A stretch of DNA of 63,445 bases, filler included, from Octopus bimaculoides (lineage: Eukaryota): the NCBI RefSeq assembly GCF_001194135.2. It is 7 parts of 6 records of this genome, joined end to end, with 100 filler letters (N's around TTAATTAATTAA, not from the genome) between each part and the next. Parts side by side here need not be neighbours in the genome. Positions count along the whole stretch, not along the records: positions 1 to 17,780 come from NC_068984.1; positions 17,881 to 31,169 come from NC_068997.1; 5 more parts are not named here. One strand, written 5' to 3'. The notes below the pieces were generated by a model, which saw nothing but the letters and a program-made list of their open reading frames with translations, did not search any database and was not told the origin of the DNA. Below, piece after piece: positions 12,720 through 26,097 of this stretch (within the stretch, counting starts at the first letter, position 1; each line of letters starts with the position of its first letter). The position numbers and the translations under genes were made by a program.

Positions 12720-15190
12720 CAATATGCGCCAAATTGATATCACCATTCCCATCAAATGGTACTTTTCCATTTCCTAATTGGAGGAGCCTGGTTGAAAGCT
12801 GTTCTGCACATTAGTCCCCATGCAATAAAGCTCGCATGCTAAAATTGAAGAAATTCTGTACTTTATTCCATAGGTGTGAAGACTTAATGCATGCTTTTAT
12901 TTCATCAGATCTTGTTCCTCTCGGAATGACTGGTAATGTCTGTCTGAAGTCTCCTGATAAAACTAATGTAACTCCTTTAATATGCTTCCATTGCACCTCT
13001 ATGTGACCTAGTGCATTCATCCCAAATGATCAAGTGGCACTGGTGCAACACTTCTGATGAACCTGAATCTTTGCTTATGTTACAAATTGGACTGTCATTT
13101 GTGACCAGGTTTAGCGGTAATTTAAAAGCAGAATGAGCTGTTCGTCCTCATGGGAGAAGGGTGGCAGCAATGCCAGACGATGCTACAGCAAATGCAATTA
13201 TTTTTTGTTTCCTGTGCCACTAGGAGCATCAAGTAAGAAAATTTGTCCCCCTTTTTCTTTGACAGACGAAATGATTTTATCATATGCACAACGTTGTTCT
13301 GGAAGAAGTTTAGGATCATGTTCATTTACAAATGCAGCTAACTCTGTGATGTCATAATTTGTCTCTCTTGCTATGCCTCTTGAAGTTAAATCACTAATTT
13401 GACGGTTTGTTTTTTGCAGTCCAGAACCAGCCTCTTACAAATTTTTGCCTCCTATAGCCAAAACTTGGTCCTCAATTTCAATCAGTGCTTGGTTAAAAAC
13501 TGTTTCAGAGAACTGAATATTGATACCTGGAGTTTGCCTGTTGAACTGCATTCTTTAAGTCCTCAGCCATGTCCTCACGATGATTTATTCAAAGCTGCAG
13601 GGGACTGCCAAGTTGACACGTGTTCAGTATAGTTGCAAAAAGGTTCGAGAATCTAATATTGAGGCTTCAATCAATGCAAGGTCCCAATGCACATCATTTT
13701 CTAAAAAAAACCTTGTTAATAGCATGCTTCCCTATAAGTTTCACACACATGACAATTTACCCTCCTCAAATCTTGGCATGATTTATGACCCCGTACTTCA
13801 TGCAAAAGGAGCCGTAACTAGCAGCATTCTTATTTCTTGATTGCCCACAAGGGACTAAACATATAGGGGACAAACAAGGACAGACAAAGGGATTAAGTCG
13901 ATTAGATCGACCCCAGTGCGTAACTGGTACTTAATTTATCGACCACGAAAGGATGAAAAGTAAAGTCGACCTCGGCGGAATTTGAACTCAGAACGTAACG
14001 GCAGACGAAATACCGCTAAGCATTTCGCCCGGCGTGCTAACGTTTCTGCCAACTTGCCACCTTGGCCAAGTAGAATGCTAAGTAGTAGCATTCTGCTTGG
14101 CTTGGGTGGACTCTGAACTGTTGCAAGAGCGTCAGCCCTACGTTTCCTCTTGTGCCATTTATTGTTTCTCCAGGTGTAATACTTGGGTAACTCTGGGTAA
14201 AGGAATTTTTTTGCATCTTCATCGACTTGATTCAACTCATAAAAGTAGTAAGGGTAGTTTCTTTTCGAGAAAGTGCTTGTTGCAAGGCTTTTTGTTTGTA
14301 AAGATAACCCTTTGGCCATTCTCTAGATGGACACTCAGATGAATGATGGCTGGATGCTTATCATGAATGGGAAAATTGAAGATGCGCCAAAAAGCCTCAT
14401 TTCTACTGCTGTATCTTCTCCTCTCATGCTTTGCAATTTCGTCATTTTTATTTATCTGCTGACTGCCATTATGCATAAGAGTGTATGTTGCAGCATCTAA
14501 ACCTTTGTTTATATGTTTGCAAATATACTAAATAGACTAAACAGAGTCGCAGAATTCAACATTGATATGGACTTTGAAAGTTTTTGTAAGAAGAGGACAG
14601 TAGGGTACAATCCACCGATTGTCAATAATGAATTCTTGCCAATTTCTCATCTTTTTTTCGAAGTAAATCCACCATGCCCAGGTTTTCTTCTGTAAAGGGG
14701 GTATCCACTTTCTCCAGTTTGGGTTTCTTGTACAGAGGGACGTGGGTAGTTCTTGTTACACTTATCATCCCTCATGCATGGGGAGGATGGATTAATTGAA
14801 CCACAGGACCCATGAATCATATGGGACGTGACAATTTCATGCAGCAAAGGATCTTACTGTGGATCAGGCAGTTCAGCTGAGATAAATAAATCAATATCAT
14901 TTGATCAAAGTTTTTCATGTAACAAAAGATCAAAATGTGGACATGTGGCAATCCTCGTTTTTGCCATTCAATTGTGTACATGTCACATTTGACTGGTCTA
15001 AAGACTTCACCTTTTCTTAGGAGATCCATCCGCTTTATGTCTTTAATTCTGAACACCCAATCTATAATATCAAGGCGATCTTTGGCTTCTTGATGATGAT
15101 TAAGTTCACACTTTATTTCATGTCATGTTAGGTTACACGTGAATGTAATGAAGTTGTCTGGATAATCATAATGTCTGACATATGTAAGTG
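12720..15190 (-). mobile_element. Degenerate Helitron Rep/PIF1-helicase region
   Basis: HUH motif YTIEWQKRGLPHVHIL (14817-15056), HMIHGSCG..NPSSPCM..KC.KNYP, EAFWRIFNFPIH..P.IIHLSVHLENGQRV, Walker A LLDAPSGTGK, and GDFRQTLPVIPRG (12811-13020). Confidence 0.93.
13828..14061 (-). mobile_element. Full-length tRNA-derived SINE inserted in the Helitron
   Basis: A-box-like tggcagaaacg, B-box gagttcaaattcc and a tail ending aagaaataaga. Removing it restores the Helitron frame QAECYYL/RMLL. Confidence 0.9.
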
Positions 15191-15289
15191 CCTCATTGGC
15201 ATTATGTACAGACATACAAACACACAGACATCTGCTAATATGTATAAATTGTTCAATATTGATTGATCAATCTTAAGATCTAATAAAAC

Positions 15290-16130
15290 AAATACAGCGA
15301 CCTACTTATCTCTAATTCTATTGAAAAGTGAAATACATTGTCTCAGGTTATCATGTCCTGAACACTCTTATTGCCTCACTGCTGCGCTTCCAGTATGAAC
15401 CATTTTCAGTAAACTGGTTCGTGATTTCTGTAATTTTAGTGAAGCTGCTACTGAAGAATTTTGTAAGAAGAAGGTGTTACTGTGCTAAAATTGAATATTT
15501 GGTTTCATGTTTGATGATTTACCGGACTAACTCCTGCAAATCTTCAGTAGACAAATTCTTAATACGAAGCTCTGTTAACTTCTTCAAGTCTTCCACATCA
15601 ACGTTTTGCCCTCTCCCTTTACCGGCCAACTCAACGATATCATTGTTGGTTATTGGTACTTTTACATCATAAAATTCCAGGGTGTTATTGCAGGTTATTG
15701 GCTATAGCTTCTTCCAGACTCTTTTCATGCAGTGTTCAATTACTTTGCCACATGCTGCTTTGTCTACGAACTTAATGATATGGTAGTTTTCTCAAAAGTT
15801 CCTAACAGATTGTTTATCTTGGCCATCTATTTCGTCAACAAGTTACTTGATGGTGCAATGATGACCTTGATATTATTGAAGATCTCTAAAGCATTACTAT
15901 TAATCAATGTGTTAAATGGTCTTGTTCGTCCTCGAGCATTCTGCAATGAGGTTAGCATGGCAGAAGCTTATATTTTGTCCGCATTTTTAAAGAAGGTTTT
16001 AATCGTCGGTGTAACCAAACATAAAACTTGCCTATACACGCCAGAATACCACAAATTCAGATCACCTCAACACTTGCAATATTATATCAATGTGATGCTT
16101 TTCCTTTAAATAAACTTTCCTCACTTGGTG
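15290..16130 (-). mobile_element. Tigger/pogo-like transposase remnant
   Basis: The minus strand gives an N-terminal HTH-like segment (FKNADKI.ASA) and a C-terminal DIVELAGKGEG..DVEDL acidic stretch typical of Tigger. Disrupted. Confidence 0.55.
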
Positions 16131-16330
16131 TTGTAGGCTGTTTTCATTCATGATAGATAAAGAATCTATTTTATCTTTTTACATATCTGAAAATATTTTG
16201 CACAATACATTTTGTTCTTAATTTACATTTAAACAACATTCCCCACGGAACGAAATGACTGGAGACCAGAAGTAGCAAGAGAAAGAATGAAGCAATACAG
16301 GCTTGAGAGGAGAAATACAAAAACAGACAT

Positions 16331-16394
<64 letters not shown>

Positions 16395-16515
16395 NNNNNN
16401 NNNNNNNNNNNNNNNNNNNNNNNNNNNNNNNNNNNNNNNNNNNNNNNNNNNNNNNNNNNNNNNNNNNNNNNNNNNNNNNNNNNNNNNNNNNNNNNNNNNN
16501 NNNNNNNNNNNNNNN

Positions 16516-16558
<43 letters not shown>

Positions 16559-17299
16559 ATGGACGAACAGCAGTTGCTTAATTTGGGAAATGTCTCTGCA
16601 AGAGTTAGAGAACATTTGATACTCCTATGATGTGATGTAAGAACCAAGACACTTTTTATCTTTTCAAATTAAAAATAATAAAAAGTAAGAAAATGAAAAT
16701 ATTTATATAAATATAAAAGGTGGAATTTTCAAGGTTCACGCTATTTATTCTAATAATGTAAGGTTATTTCATGGTATATCCTATTTTCAAGAAAAACAAT
16801 GGATGAATAACAAAATGAGGTGGAATTTAAATATGGGAAGGGGAAGGACATAAATATATACGAAGAGTCACACAAATGAAAGTGCCCATGTCTAGACGCA
16901 CTTGAGAGTGTATTTGTAAGCATAAGAGATAATTTTATTAATTTTGTTTTGTTACTGTTCATATAATCTTATACTTATATTGACACATGTATATGTATGT
17001 GTATGTATACTTACGTGTGACCTTGTAATTGTTTTTATAATTTATGCGAAAAATAACCCAGAAAATTATCACTTTAACTGGTTTATATAAATGTGTTCCT
17101 CCTAATTTAAAGCTTTTATCCCTTGAGTCCCACAGTAAATTCTTCCGATTAGTAAAAATATATATTACACTCATGTCTTGAGTTCTATTTTCCTGTTTGT
17201 GCCACCAATCCCATACGCGCACGCGTGTATAAAATATACATATGTATGTATATATACTTGAATATCGAAGGTAGAGTAATGTGTTTTTATTAAAGCCGA

Positions 17300-17650
17300 A
17301 AAATCTTCACAAGCTCTTACTATGATCCCACCCCGCCCCTAACGCACCATTCTCTGAGCCTTCCGGTGACTCCAGTCCGACACCTCCACCTCATATATCT
17401 TCCCCAACCTGCCCCTTCTCTCCTTCAAACGAGCCTCCAACCTGCGTGACTTCCTGGTACGCAGTTTCTTCCTTAACCCCACCTCCCAACCTGGCTCGTT
17501 CCCCTGCTCCCGACAACGCTGCCGAGCTTTCACCTACCTCTCCAACACCACCATCCTCACAGGCACTCATCATTGTCCCTATCATATCACTGACTCCTTT
17601 ATCTGCACTTCTAGCAACGTCATTTACTACATCTCCTGCTCTGGATGCGC
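17300..17650 (+). mobile_element. Penelope/Poseidon-type PLE fragment (linker and start of GIY-YIG)
   Basis: FPNLPLLSFKRASNLRDFLVRS...PCSRQRC...DSFICTSSNVIYYISCSGC. Confidence 0.8.
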
Positions 17651-17780
17651 ATTTATGTGTGTGTATATATGAGTATGTATACTGTGCATGTGAGTATGTG
17701 CACATATGTAAATGTGGGTGTGTATACATATATATATGTGTACGTATGGATAGATATGTGTTATATATATATATATATAT

Positions 17781-17880
17781 NNNNNNNNNNNNNNNNNNNN
17801 NNNNNNNNNNNNNNNNNNNNNNNNTTAATTAATTAANNNNNNNNNNNNNNNNNNNNNNNNNNNNNNNNNNNNNNNNNNNN
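17781..17880. other. Synthetic scaffold join (N44-TTAATTAATTAA-N44); also at 31170, 43951, 56212, 57677 and 61205
   Basis: Six identical 100-bp gaps with a central 12-mer that places stop codons in all six frames. Confidence 0.95.
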
Positions 17881-19072
17881 GTGATGTTGCCAGTTGTCTT
17901 TGTGGTTGTTAGTTCCGTGACGGCCAGGTTTATGCTATTTATTATTGATGTTGTTTTATTGTCTATTTTAATTTTTGGGAGATATAATCTGTGGTCCATT
18001 CTAAGATCTGTGGTTTTCAGTTCTTTGGTTATTTTCATTTTCATAGTATCGTAATTATTAGGTTTCCCTTCGTTATTCCCAGGTTTTAGATTTGTTTTGC
18101 CTTCCTTTTCATTCATATGTTTGTCTGTGGTGTTCTGGATTGGTGCTTTTTGTACATTATTATACATCTCTACGGTCTGGGTTTGTTGTTTTTTGTTTAC
18201 TTCGTTTTTGCCGGAAATGTTACGTTTTTCCTCGTGTTTTACCATCTCAATGTTTATATTATCATTTGGCATTGTTGTGTGACTACTATCTAGATTTTCC
18301 TGATGTATTTTTCCTTTCAATTGTTCTATTTCTATTTCTGATATTTTTTGCTTTAAGAATATATCTTCGTATGTTAGCTAGTTTATTAAGGTTCATTATT
18401 GTATTCAGGTCTTCATTTAGATTATTTTTCTTCCATATTTTATATGTATATGTTGTTGCATTTTCATTTTTTGGGTAGAGCACTGCTGTGAAATAGGCAA
18501 ATAGGATCGAAATGTATTCCTCACGTGTCCATTTATGCCATTTTGGTTTTGTTTGCGGGACATGAGGGACAACGTCCGGCCCTTTATTTTGACGGTCATC
18601 GTTTTCGTAGGGTACCGGTGCGTTCATTTCTGTTGTCAGATTGTTTTGCACGTTCAGATCTTCGTACTTTTTGCGTAACAAGCTTACAGTACGCACTTCT
18701 CGGTTGTTATTCTTGGGTGGAATAATACCGGTATTATTTAATCTGTTTGTAATTTTTTTGTACATGGTGTTTGGTTTCGGAGATGGTCTGGTGTTNNNNN
18801 NNNNNNNNNNNNNNNNNNNNGCTGTGCGGGTAGTGGAGGTATTAAGTTAAAATACATCATTATATTTAGAAAAATAGAAATAAATTTCAATGAGTATTAC
18901 TTACTCGGATATAGTCCAACCCTTTGTCAGCTATTTTTGGCTCCATGCGATGTCTTCATTTCCGATGTTTTGGGATAAATTTCGGAGCAGTGATTTATCG
19001 TTCTCACATGTTAAACGTCCCCGGTGTAGTCTGTTAAACGTCCCCGGTGTAGTCCTGTTAAACGTCCCCCTC
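17881..19072 (-). mobile_element. 5' part of an R4/Dong-like non-LTR retrotransposon
   Basis: ORF 18286-18765 contains KWTREEYISI..AY..A..YP...TY.IW....N.NKLANIRRYI, the N-terminal domain typical of this group. The 5' end abuts a (TAA)n array. Confidence 0.7.
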
Positions 19073-19091
19073 ATTATTATTATTATTATTA

Positions 19092-19158
<67 letters not shown>

Positions 19159-19179
19159 CATTATTATTATTATTATTAT
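19073..19179. repeat. (ATT/TAA)n microsatellite
   Basis: Visible directly in the sequence. Confidence 0.95.
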
Positions 19180-20379
19180 GTGAAGGAGGGTGAAAGTAGG
19201 TACTTATGACAGATGTTCAGTATGAACTTCTTTAATCCGTCATTTTCTTCTCCAACCTAGTATCCAGGCATTTTTCATAAAACTATTAAGGGAGATTCTC
19301 TGCACTCAATCTACTGCACATGGTAGCCAAATATCTTACGTATCTTGAAAAGAACTCATTGGACAACATTATCACAGCTAAAACGTCTGCTATGAAGACG
19401 TACTTGAGACTAAGTCTCAGATACTTCTTAACTACAGCAACACATTCAATACCCCCATACTACTAACAACTCATTACCTTCGAATTCTGTAGTGCTTCAT
19501 GCCAGCTAAGTGGTTACACATTAGATACCTTTGACAACAATTGTACTTCACCGCTGACAGATCTCAGAACATTAAGAGGTGACTGATACTATCTTCTGAA
19601 ATGTATCTTTGCTTTTCCCTCACAGAATCGAGTCACAAATTCATTGTGACCATCACCAAGTGTTTCATACGCAGCTACACTTCAACTGTACAGGCATGGA
19701 GTATTGTCCACAACATTAAATAAGTAAAGGATTTGCTTGTACATCATTTCTGGCCTCCCAACTTGCAGCGGGATCTTCTAGTCTTTTGTCAGAAAGATCC
19801 CCACTATCATTACACAAACTCGAAACTTTCCAACTAGGGTTGCTCAATAAAAACCCCTGCACATAAGTCACCACGTTTTCCTCTTTTGTTTTCAGCTTTA
19901 CACAATGCAGGAACAAGCGCGCACGCACGCGCACGCATACGCGCACACACACGCACACGCACACACACATACACACACTAACGCACACACGCACACACAC
20001 ACACACTAACGCACACACGCACACACACACATTAACGCACACACGCACACAAACGCGCGCGCGCGCACGTCTTTAAAGAGATAGCACCTTTCACTACCAT
20101 TTAGATGTGTACTCAAAGAAGTTATCTTAGATTTCCACCAAAATTTAAGCAGTGATCACGAAAACAAAATCCACTGAAGTCATGGCAAAGTTTATCAGCG
20201 TAAGCACATTGTTAATATACTTTGAATGTAACATTCTTACACCACAACTATCAACCTGCCGAAACTGCTCAAATATTTTTGTGGTTTATAATACCAAAAA
20301 CTCCGAAATAGCTTATTTATCTTTAAATGAGAATTTCACCGCAAACTCGTTACTACTTTCGTGTAAATACGTGACTTAA

Positions 20380-21458
20380 ATAGATAAACAATTTCTACAC
20401 ATTGCCCGATATTTTAAACTACAGCAGCAAAAATAAATATATAATTTTCAGTGCTGAAAAGTGAAGTGAGCAACATTGTACGAATCGGCAGTGAGCTCCT
20501 CAAGAATCACTCTCCTCCTGATGGTCTCCTATACAACCCCAAAACAGCTGCGCTCTCTTACCTCAGAGAAGACCTGGATGGAAAGCACTCAGCATATGTT
20601 ACCCGGAAGTTTGAAGAAGACAGTAGAATTGACACGAAGCGCAGCTTCTCTTGGATACAAGACCACTACATCACATCACTACATCACATTGCATTTGCAA
20701 TCCAGGAACAAGAGATTTCCACAAAGTACCTGGTGAACAAGAGAGACAGTGACGCTCTTGTAATCCAAAGGTGCAACCACGTGTGTAGGCTATGTCATGT
20801 TTCTGTGGAAGACATTACGCATGTCCTAAAGCTGTCCTAAAGTGTCGTCACGATACTACTTCCCTGTGCGGCACGATGTTGTTGCTAAAGCAATTTTCAA
20901 TGCCACCCGCAAAAAAGACTGCCTGAAATAAATTTAGAAAATCCTTCCGTTATGGAATACATTCATAAACACCAACTCAAGGAATACTAGAGGAATATTC
21001 CCATCAAAACTTCTGTCAAATGTAAACATAACAGGCCGGATATTGTCGTTTGGGACAGAGGAGTAAAATTGTTTACTATCACAGAGGTTAGCTGCCCTGC
21101 AGATATAAACGTCTTTGAAAATCAAAGAAAAAGAGGATATCTATAAACAACTGCTTCGATACCTTCAACTTCTATATCCAGACTATAAATTCACATTCAT
21201 ACCAATAATAATTGGAGCACTAGACTTTGTTAGTAAATGCTTAAAGGGGAATCTGGATAAACTGGGATTTTCAGAAAGAGAAAATTGACCGGCTGATTCG
21301 TACATTACAAGTGCAATCTGTGAGTAGAACAGTAAAAATATGCAAGACTTTTCTCAAGTTCCAAATGTGAATTTGTCTGTATTAACTATATCCCAATGAT
21401 GGAGCCTTGTATCTTTCTCGGAAACCGGTTCCTTCTTCAGTGAAAGATTTATAATAAT
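20380..21458 (+). mobile_element. 3' part of an R4/Dong-like LINE: CCHC motif, restriction-like endonuclease, 3' UTR
   Basis: AIQEQEISTKY, CRLCHVSVEDITHVL.SC, RHDVVAKAI, KHNRPDIVVWD....ITEVSCP and IPIIIGAL; the fragment ends in ataataat. Confidence 0.85.
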
Positions 21459-21931
21459 TTAAAAAATGGAAGCGATATGCATACATATATACATATATAC
21501 ATGCATACATACATACATACATACATACATACATACATAAATACATACATACGTATGTATGTAGGTGTGTACATACGTAGGTGTGTAGGTGGAGAGGAGC
21601 TGCTCCGCGAACCGGTCATACATACATACGTATGTATGTATGACTAGCTCGCGGAGCAGCTCCTCTCCGCCTACACACCTGCATACCGCCTACCTCAGTA
21701 CCATCACCACACACACCATTATACAACTCATTACTCACTTCACACACCATTAAACACACACACGCACACACACACAAACAAACACCTCCCCACTTCATAC
21801 ACACCCTTCAATAGTGTCACCGCACATACCACTATACAAGCATCCCTATACACTGTTCAACTCTGTACACACCACACACCATCATGCACACTCCCATACC
21901 CACACAAGCACATAATTCCTTAACACAGACA

Positions 21932-21996
<65 letters not shown>

Positions 21997-22261
21997 NNNN
22001 NNNNNNNNNNNNNNNNNNNNNNNNNNNNNNNNNNNNNNNNNNNNNNNNNNNNNNNNNNNNNNNNNNNNNNNNNNNNNNNNNNNNNNNNNNNNNNNNNNNN
22101 NNNNNNNNNNNNNNNNNNNNNNNNNNNNNNNNNNNNNNNNNNNNNNNNNNNNNNNNNNNNNNNNNNNNNNNNNNNNNNNNNNNNNNNNNNNNNNNNNNNN
22201 NNNNNNNNNNNNNNNNNNNNNNNNNNNNNNNNNNNNNNNNNNNNNNNNNNNNNNNNNNNNN

Positions 22262-22915
22262 TGGCGATACCTTCTCAGAGGCCTACGCAAAGTTTTCAAA
22301 ACGTTTTCATCGTTCTCGACACAATCAAGATCTTGTGCAACTGAAACCCGAGTGTATTTTTTGTCAACTGAAACCCGAGTGTGTTTTGGGACAGCTGAAA
22401 ACAGTCCTGGCACAAACTTGGCAGACACGCGTCTCATGCCTAAATTTTCAAGGATAATGAACTGAACTGAACTGTAACTAATCTGCACATCCTCTGATAA
22501 CTCACCAATGGTGATTCCCTCACAGCTGCACGCATATCTGCGATGTTTTTTCTCAATTCTGTTGGTTGCGGGTGTCCCAGAACGATCGTCAATATCGTCA
22601 TCTTTTCGGCCATCTTGGAAACGTCTGAACCACTCGTACACTTGTATGCGGCTCACACTCTCCTCTCTATACACTTTCTGCAACTTGTGTAGGCCTCTGA
22701 GTAGGTATCGCCATGACAGCTTTCTCTGTCATTGTCAATGCGACGATCACACGCTACACACGTTCATTCCAAGCACAGCGGGAGTGAGCTAGAACGATAA
22801 AACTTAGTGCGCATTCACATCAGAGTTTAAAGTCAATTTTCGTCAAGCAGCTCTATTCAGCATGCTTTAGCTTCGTTACTATGGCAACAGTCCGGATACT
22901 TATTGATCAGACTCC
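22262..22915 (-). mobile_element. Non-autonomous mariner derivative (left arm lost in the gap)
   Basis: TIR gtctgatcaataagtatccggact at the right end; transposase N-terminus VYEWFRRFQDGR..DDRSG.P...LGMRRVSAKFVP. Confidence 0.9.
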
Positions 22916-23518
22916 ATACACTATACACATGCACACTATATGATCACAATCTCACACACACATATACACATGTACACACCACCTGAACAAGCACATACCA
23001 ACTGATAAACAAGCGTTTGCACACACACACACACGTTAGCTTCAAACATATACACACGTCCATACGCATACTCACACATATACACACGTCCGTACGCGCA
23101 CGCGCACACACAGACAAATACACAAAACACATTAAGCCACATAACACATACACTAGATTACTTGTACACATACACACATACTCAGGCCAATGCGTTTGCA
23201 CGCACTCATAACTGCACACATGATAACTGCACACATATGTACACATGTCCATATGCACACACACACAGGTCCACATATTTTTCATCTCTCCCACACATAC
23301 ATACTCAGACACTCACCTCCATTCATACATACACACTCACAGACACTACTCTCAAATACATACGCGCGCAAAAGATTAAATTTGTTTGGCCGGGTCACCG
23401 TTATTATCCGCCCTCCATTCAGCCTCTTTCTTCTGGTTATTTCGTCATGTTGAACCGTTAATTCCTACAATTTTTTTTCTCTCTCCGCTTTTTTTTTTCA
23501 TTCTTTTTTCTCTTAATC

Positions 23519-23554
23519 CTTTCTGTCGAAGAGCGTAGGCTCGAAACGTAAAAG
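23519..23554 (+). ncRNA. Minimal type I hammerhead ribozyme fold (core variant) in a PLE-like end
   Basis: CUUU-CUGUCGA-A-GAGC(GUAG)GCUC-GAAA-CG-UA-AAAG: helix I, helix II and a palindromic ACGU helix III. A6 is replaced by U. Confidence 0.6.
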
Positions 23555-23829
23555 ACTTTTCCACTCTTTCTGAGAGTTAAACTAATACACCTGCTTGTTG
23601 TTCCTACATCTGGCTTCGTCTTTTGTTTTCTGTAAATTTGAACAATACATACATACATACATATATACATACATACATATATACATACATATATACATAT
23701 ATATACATACATACATACATACATACATACATACATACTTTTATTCTGTTAATGGTCTCAGTAGTAGAACTGCAGCCATGTTGGAGCACCACCTTAATTT
23801 ATTTTCTTTCAGTTTTGTTGCCGCTTTAT

Positions 23830-24059
23830 GGCATAGAGTTTGTAGCAGCTGATCTTCCGTGAGTGTATCCTAGAATGGTTGGTTGGTCCAGTATCGTCGT
23901 CAGGCCTTTAATTTTTTTTTATGTTTCAGTAGAGGTCCCTAAATATCAGGCAGGTACAATAGTGTCTTTGCTCATGATTTCGAAGGTGGTGTATTTGGAA
24001 GCTGACAGTGTCTACCAGTTTATGCATTAAAATTCTCTCTAATGCCGAGAATTCTCTCC

Positions 24060-24140
<81 letters not shown>

Positions 24141-24625
24141 GACGCTCCCAATAACTAAAGCTTTTAACCGAAGTTATTTTACTAGCGAACGTTCTTAGTA
24201 ACCCTACAATTTCTTTTATGACACCGAGTTTGGAGGCCAAAGATGAGCAGCAATCTAATCTGCTCAGAACTAGGATTTTCCATATAGTCAGCATAACTAC
24301 TGGTTCTCTTGTTACGAAAGTTCGGAGGATCCATCCTATGAAATGATGGCATATAGAGATCAGTTTGGTGATGTGGCTGATGAAAGATGCATCATTTGAC
24401 ATGATTACTCATTAGCGCTCTGAATCATTGTGTTTTGCGTGTATTTCCTCCATAATGAAGAACCTGAGATTCTGATGCATTGAATTTCATTATCTGTCAT
24501 TATCTGCCCATTGATAAATGAGGTTTGGCTCATTTTAGAGTGTGACGGCATCTTCTAGAGTTTGGATAGCTATCGATATGTTTGTGTTATCGGCGTAACT
24601 CGTTAGGATGAAGCTTTTGTCAGTT
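23830..24625 (-). mobile_element. CR1/L2-type LINE RT 3' fragment with a (GA)n expansion
   Basis: SYADNT.I.IAIQTLEDA (YADD box), then GWILRTF..RE..VML.IWK.LVLSRLDCCS...SYWERL followed by the RERE microsatellite. Confidence 0.8.
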
Positions 24626-26097
24626 ATACCAGAAATCGTAAATAAAATGTGCGAAAAATTTAAACTGAAGAAATTATCTCCGGATATGTTTAAATGCCTC
24701 ATCTTTGTGCAAGGTTTGACAGCAAACAAAGATGCAGAAATACAAAACTAGAACAGGAGAACCAGAATGTAACTCTGCAGAGAGTAGCAGAGGAATATCA
24801 AAGAATTATCAACCTGCGACAAGAAGTAAAGAAAATTGAAGAAAAAAATTTCTCCTAAGTACAGACATGTCGACCGGGAATAAAGAAAAAAGAATGTTAC
24901 GACCAAATCTATGCTATGGCTATGGAGGTCTGCATTTTAAGAAAGACTGTCCATTTAAAACTCTAAAATGTTTTAGCTGCCAAAAAAAAAGGACATAAAA
25001 GCTCGTACTGCATAGCGAAGCAAAAAAAAGTCGGGAAAAAGTTCTTCTAAAACGGTTTGCTCAACGGAAAGTCATGACGATACCCAAAAAAGAAAGTATG
25101 TCCATGTAAAAATAAACGACGCGAAAGTGAAACTATTACTAGACACAGGTAGCGACATTACAATTATTGATACCGACACTTGGAAGAAATTGGAAAACTT
25201 TCATTAAAGAAAACATCGAAAAATTTGGGAGGTGTCACAGATGAAAGATTACACTTCTTAGGCGAAATGGTAAACGACATTACATTTCGTGGTAAAACTT
25301 GTTAAACAAAAGTGTTTGCATTAAAAAATGCAACAAAATTCTTCCGTAAAAGCATAAATTATAGTCCCTCCAGTAAGAATACGAAGTCAGATGAATTGAA
25401 GAAATATTTTTTAAATGCTTTTCCTGATGTGTTGTCGGATAAATTACGTTGATGTACTAAGACTGAGGCATGCTTCCAAATTAAGGAAAACACAATACCA
25501 GTGTATAAGCCAAAAAGAACGGTACCTTTTGCTGCGACAAAACATGTCAATGAAGAATTAAACAGATTAGAAAACATTAGTCATCCAAAAAGTGGAATAT
25601 GCAAAATGGGCAGCTGTGTGTTAAAAAAAGGAATAACAAAATTAGGATGTTTGCTACCTGTGTGCCGATTTTTCCACTGGCTTGAATGAATGTCTGAAAG
25701 CGTATCACTATCCGCTACCTACTCCGGAGGATATTTTTGCGAAGTTAAAGATTGGTAAAATATTTTCGAAACTGGATCTCTCAGATGCGTACCCACAAAT
25801 TAGAGTAGACGATGAATGCTCAAAATACCTAACAGTGAATACGCATAAAGAACTATATAAATATAACAGATTACCATTTGGTCTAAAGGTCGCACCTGCA
25901 ATTTTTCAACAGGCTATGGATGCAATGTTAGCGGACTGCGAATTCGCAATTCCAGACCTGGATGATATATTAATTAAAAGTGAATCTCATGATCAGCATG
26001 TCGAGCATGTAAAATGTATTTTTGAAAAAATAAGAGATTACGGGTTCACACTAAGTGAGGAAAAATGTGAATTTGTTTTCACCTAAAATTAAATATT

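Noticed and set aside
17825-17836. Recurring TTAATTAATTAA palindrome (six copies)
   Set aside because: It is always centred in an exact N44-12-N44 gap, so it is an assembly linker and not biology. Synteny across these joins should not be trusted.
19009-19070. CRISPR-like short repeats
   Set aside because: The units are contiguous tandem copies with no unique spacers, in a eukaryotic retroelement 5' end.
19200-19910. Possible Tc1/mariner scraps (FWPPN, PAHKS)
   Set aside because: The motifs are in the wrong order and lack TIRs.
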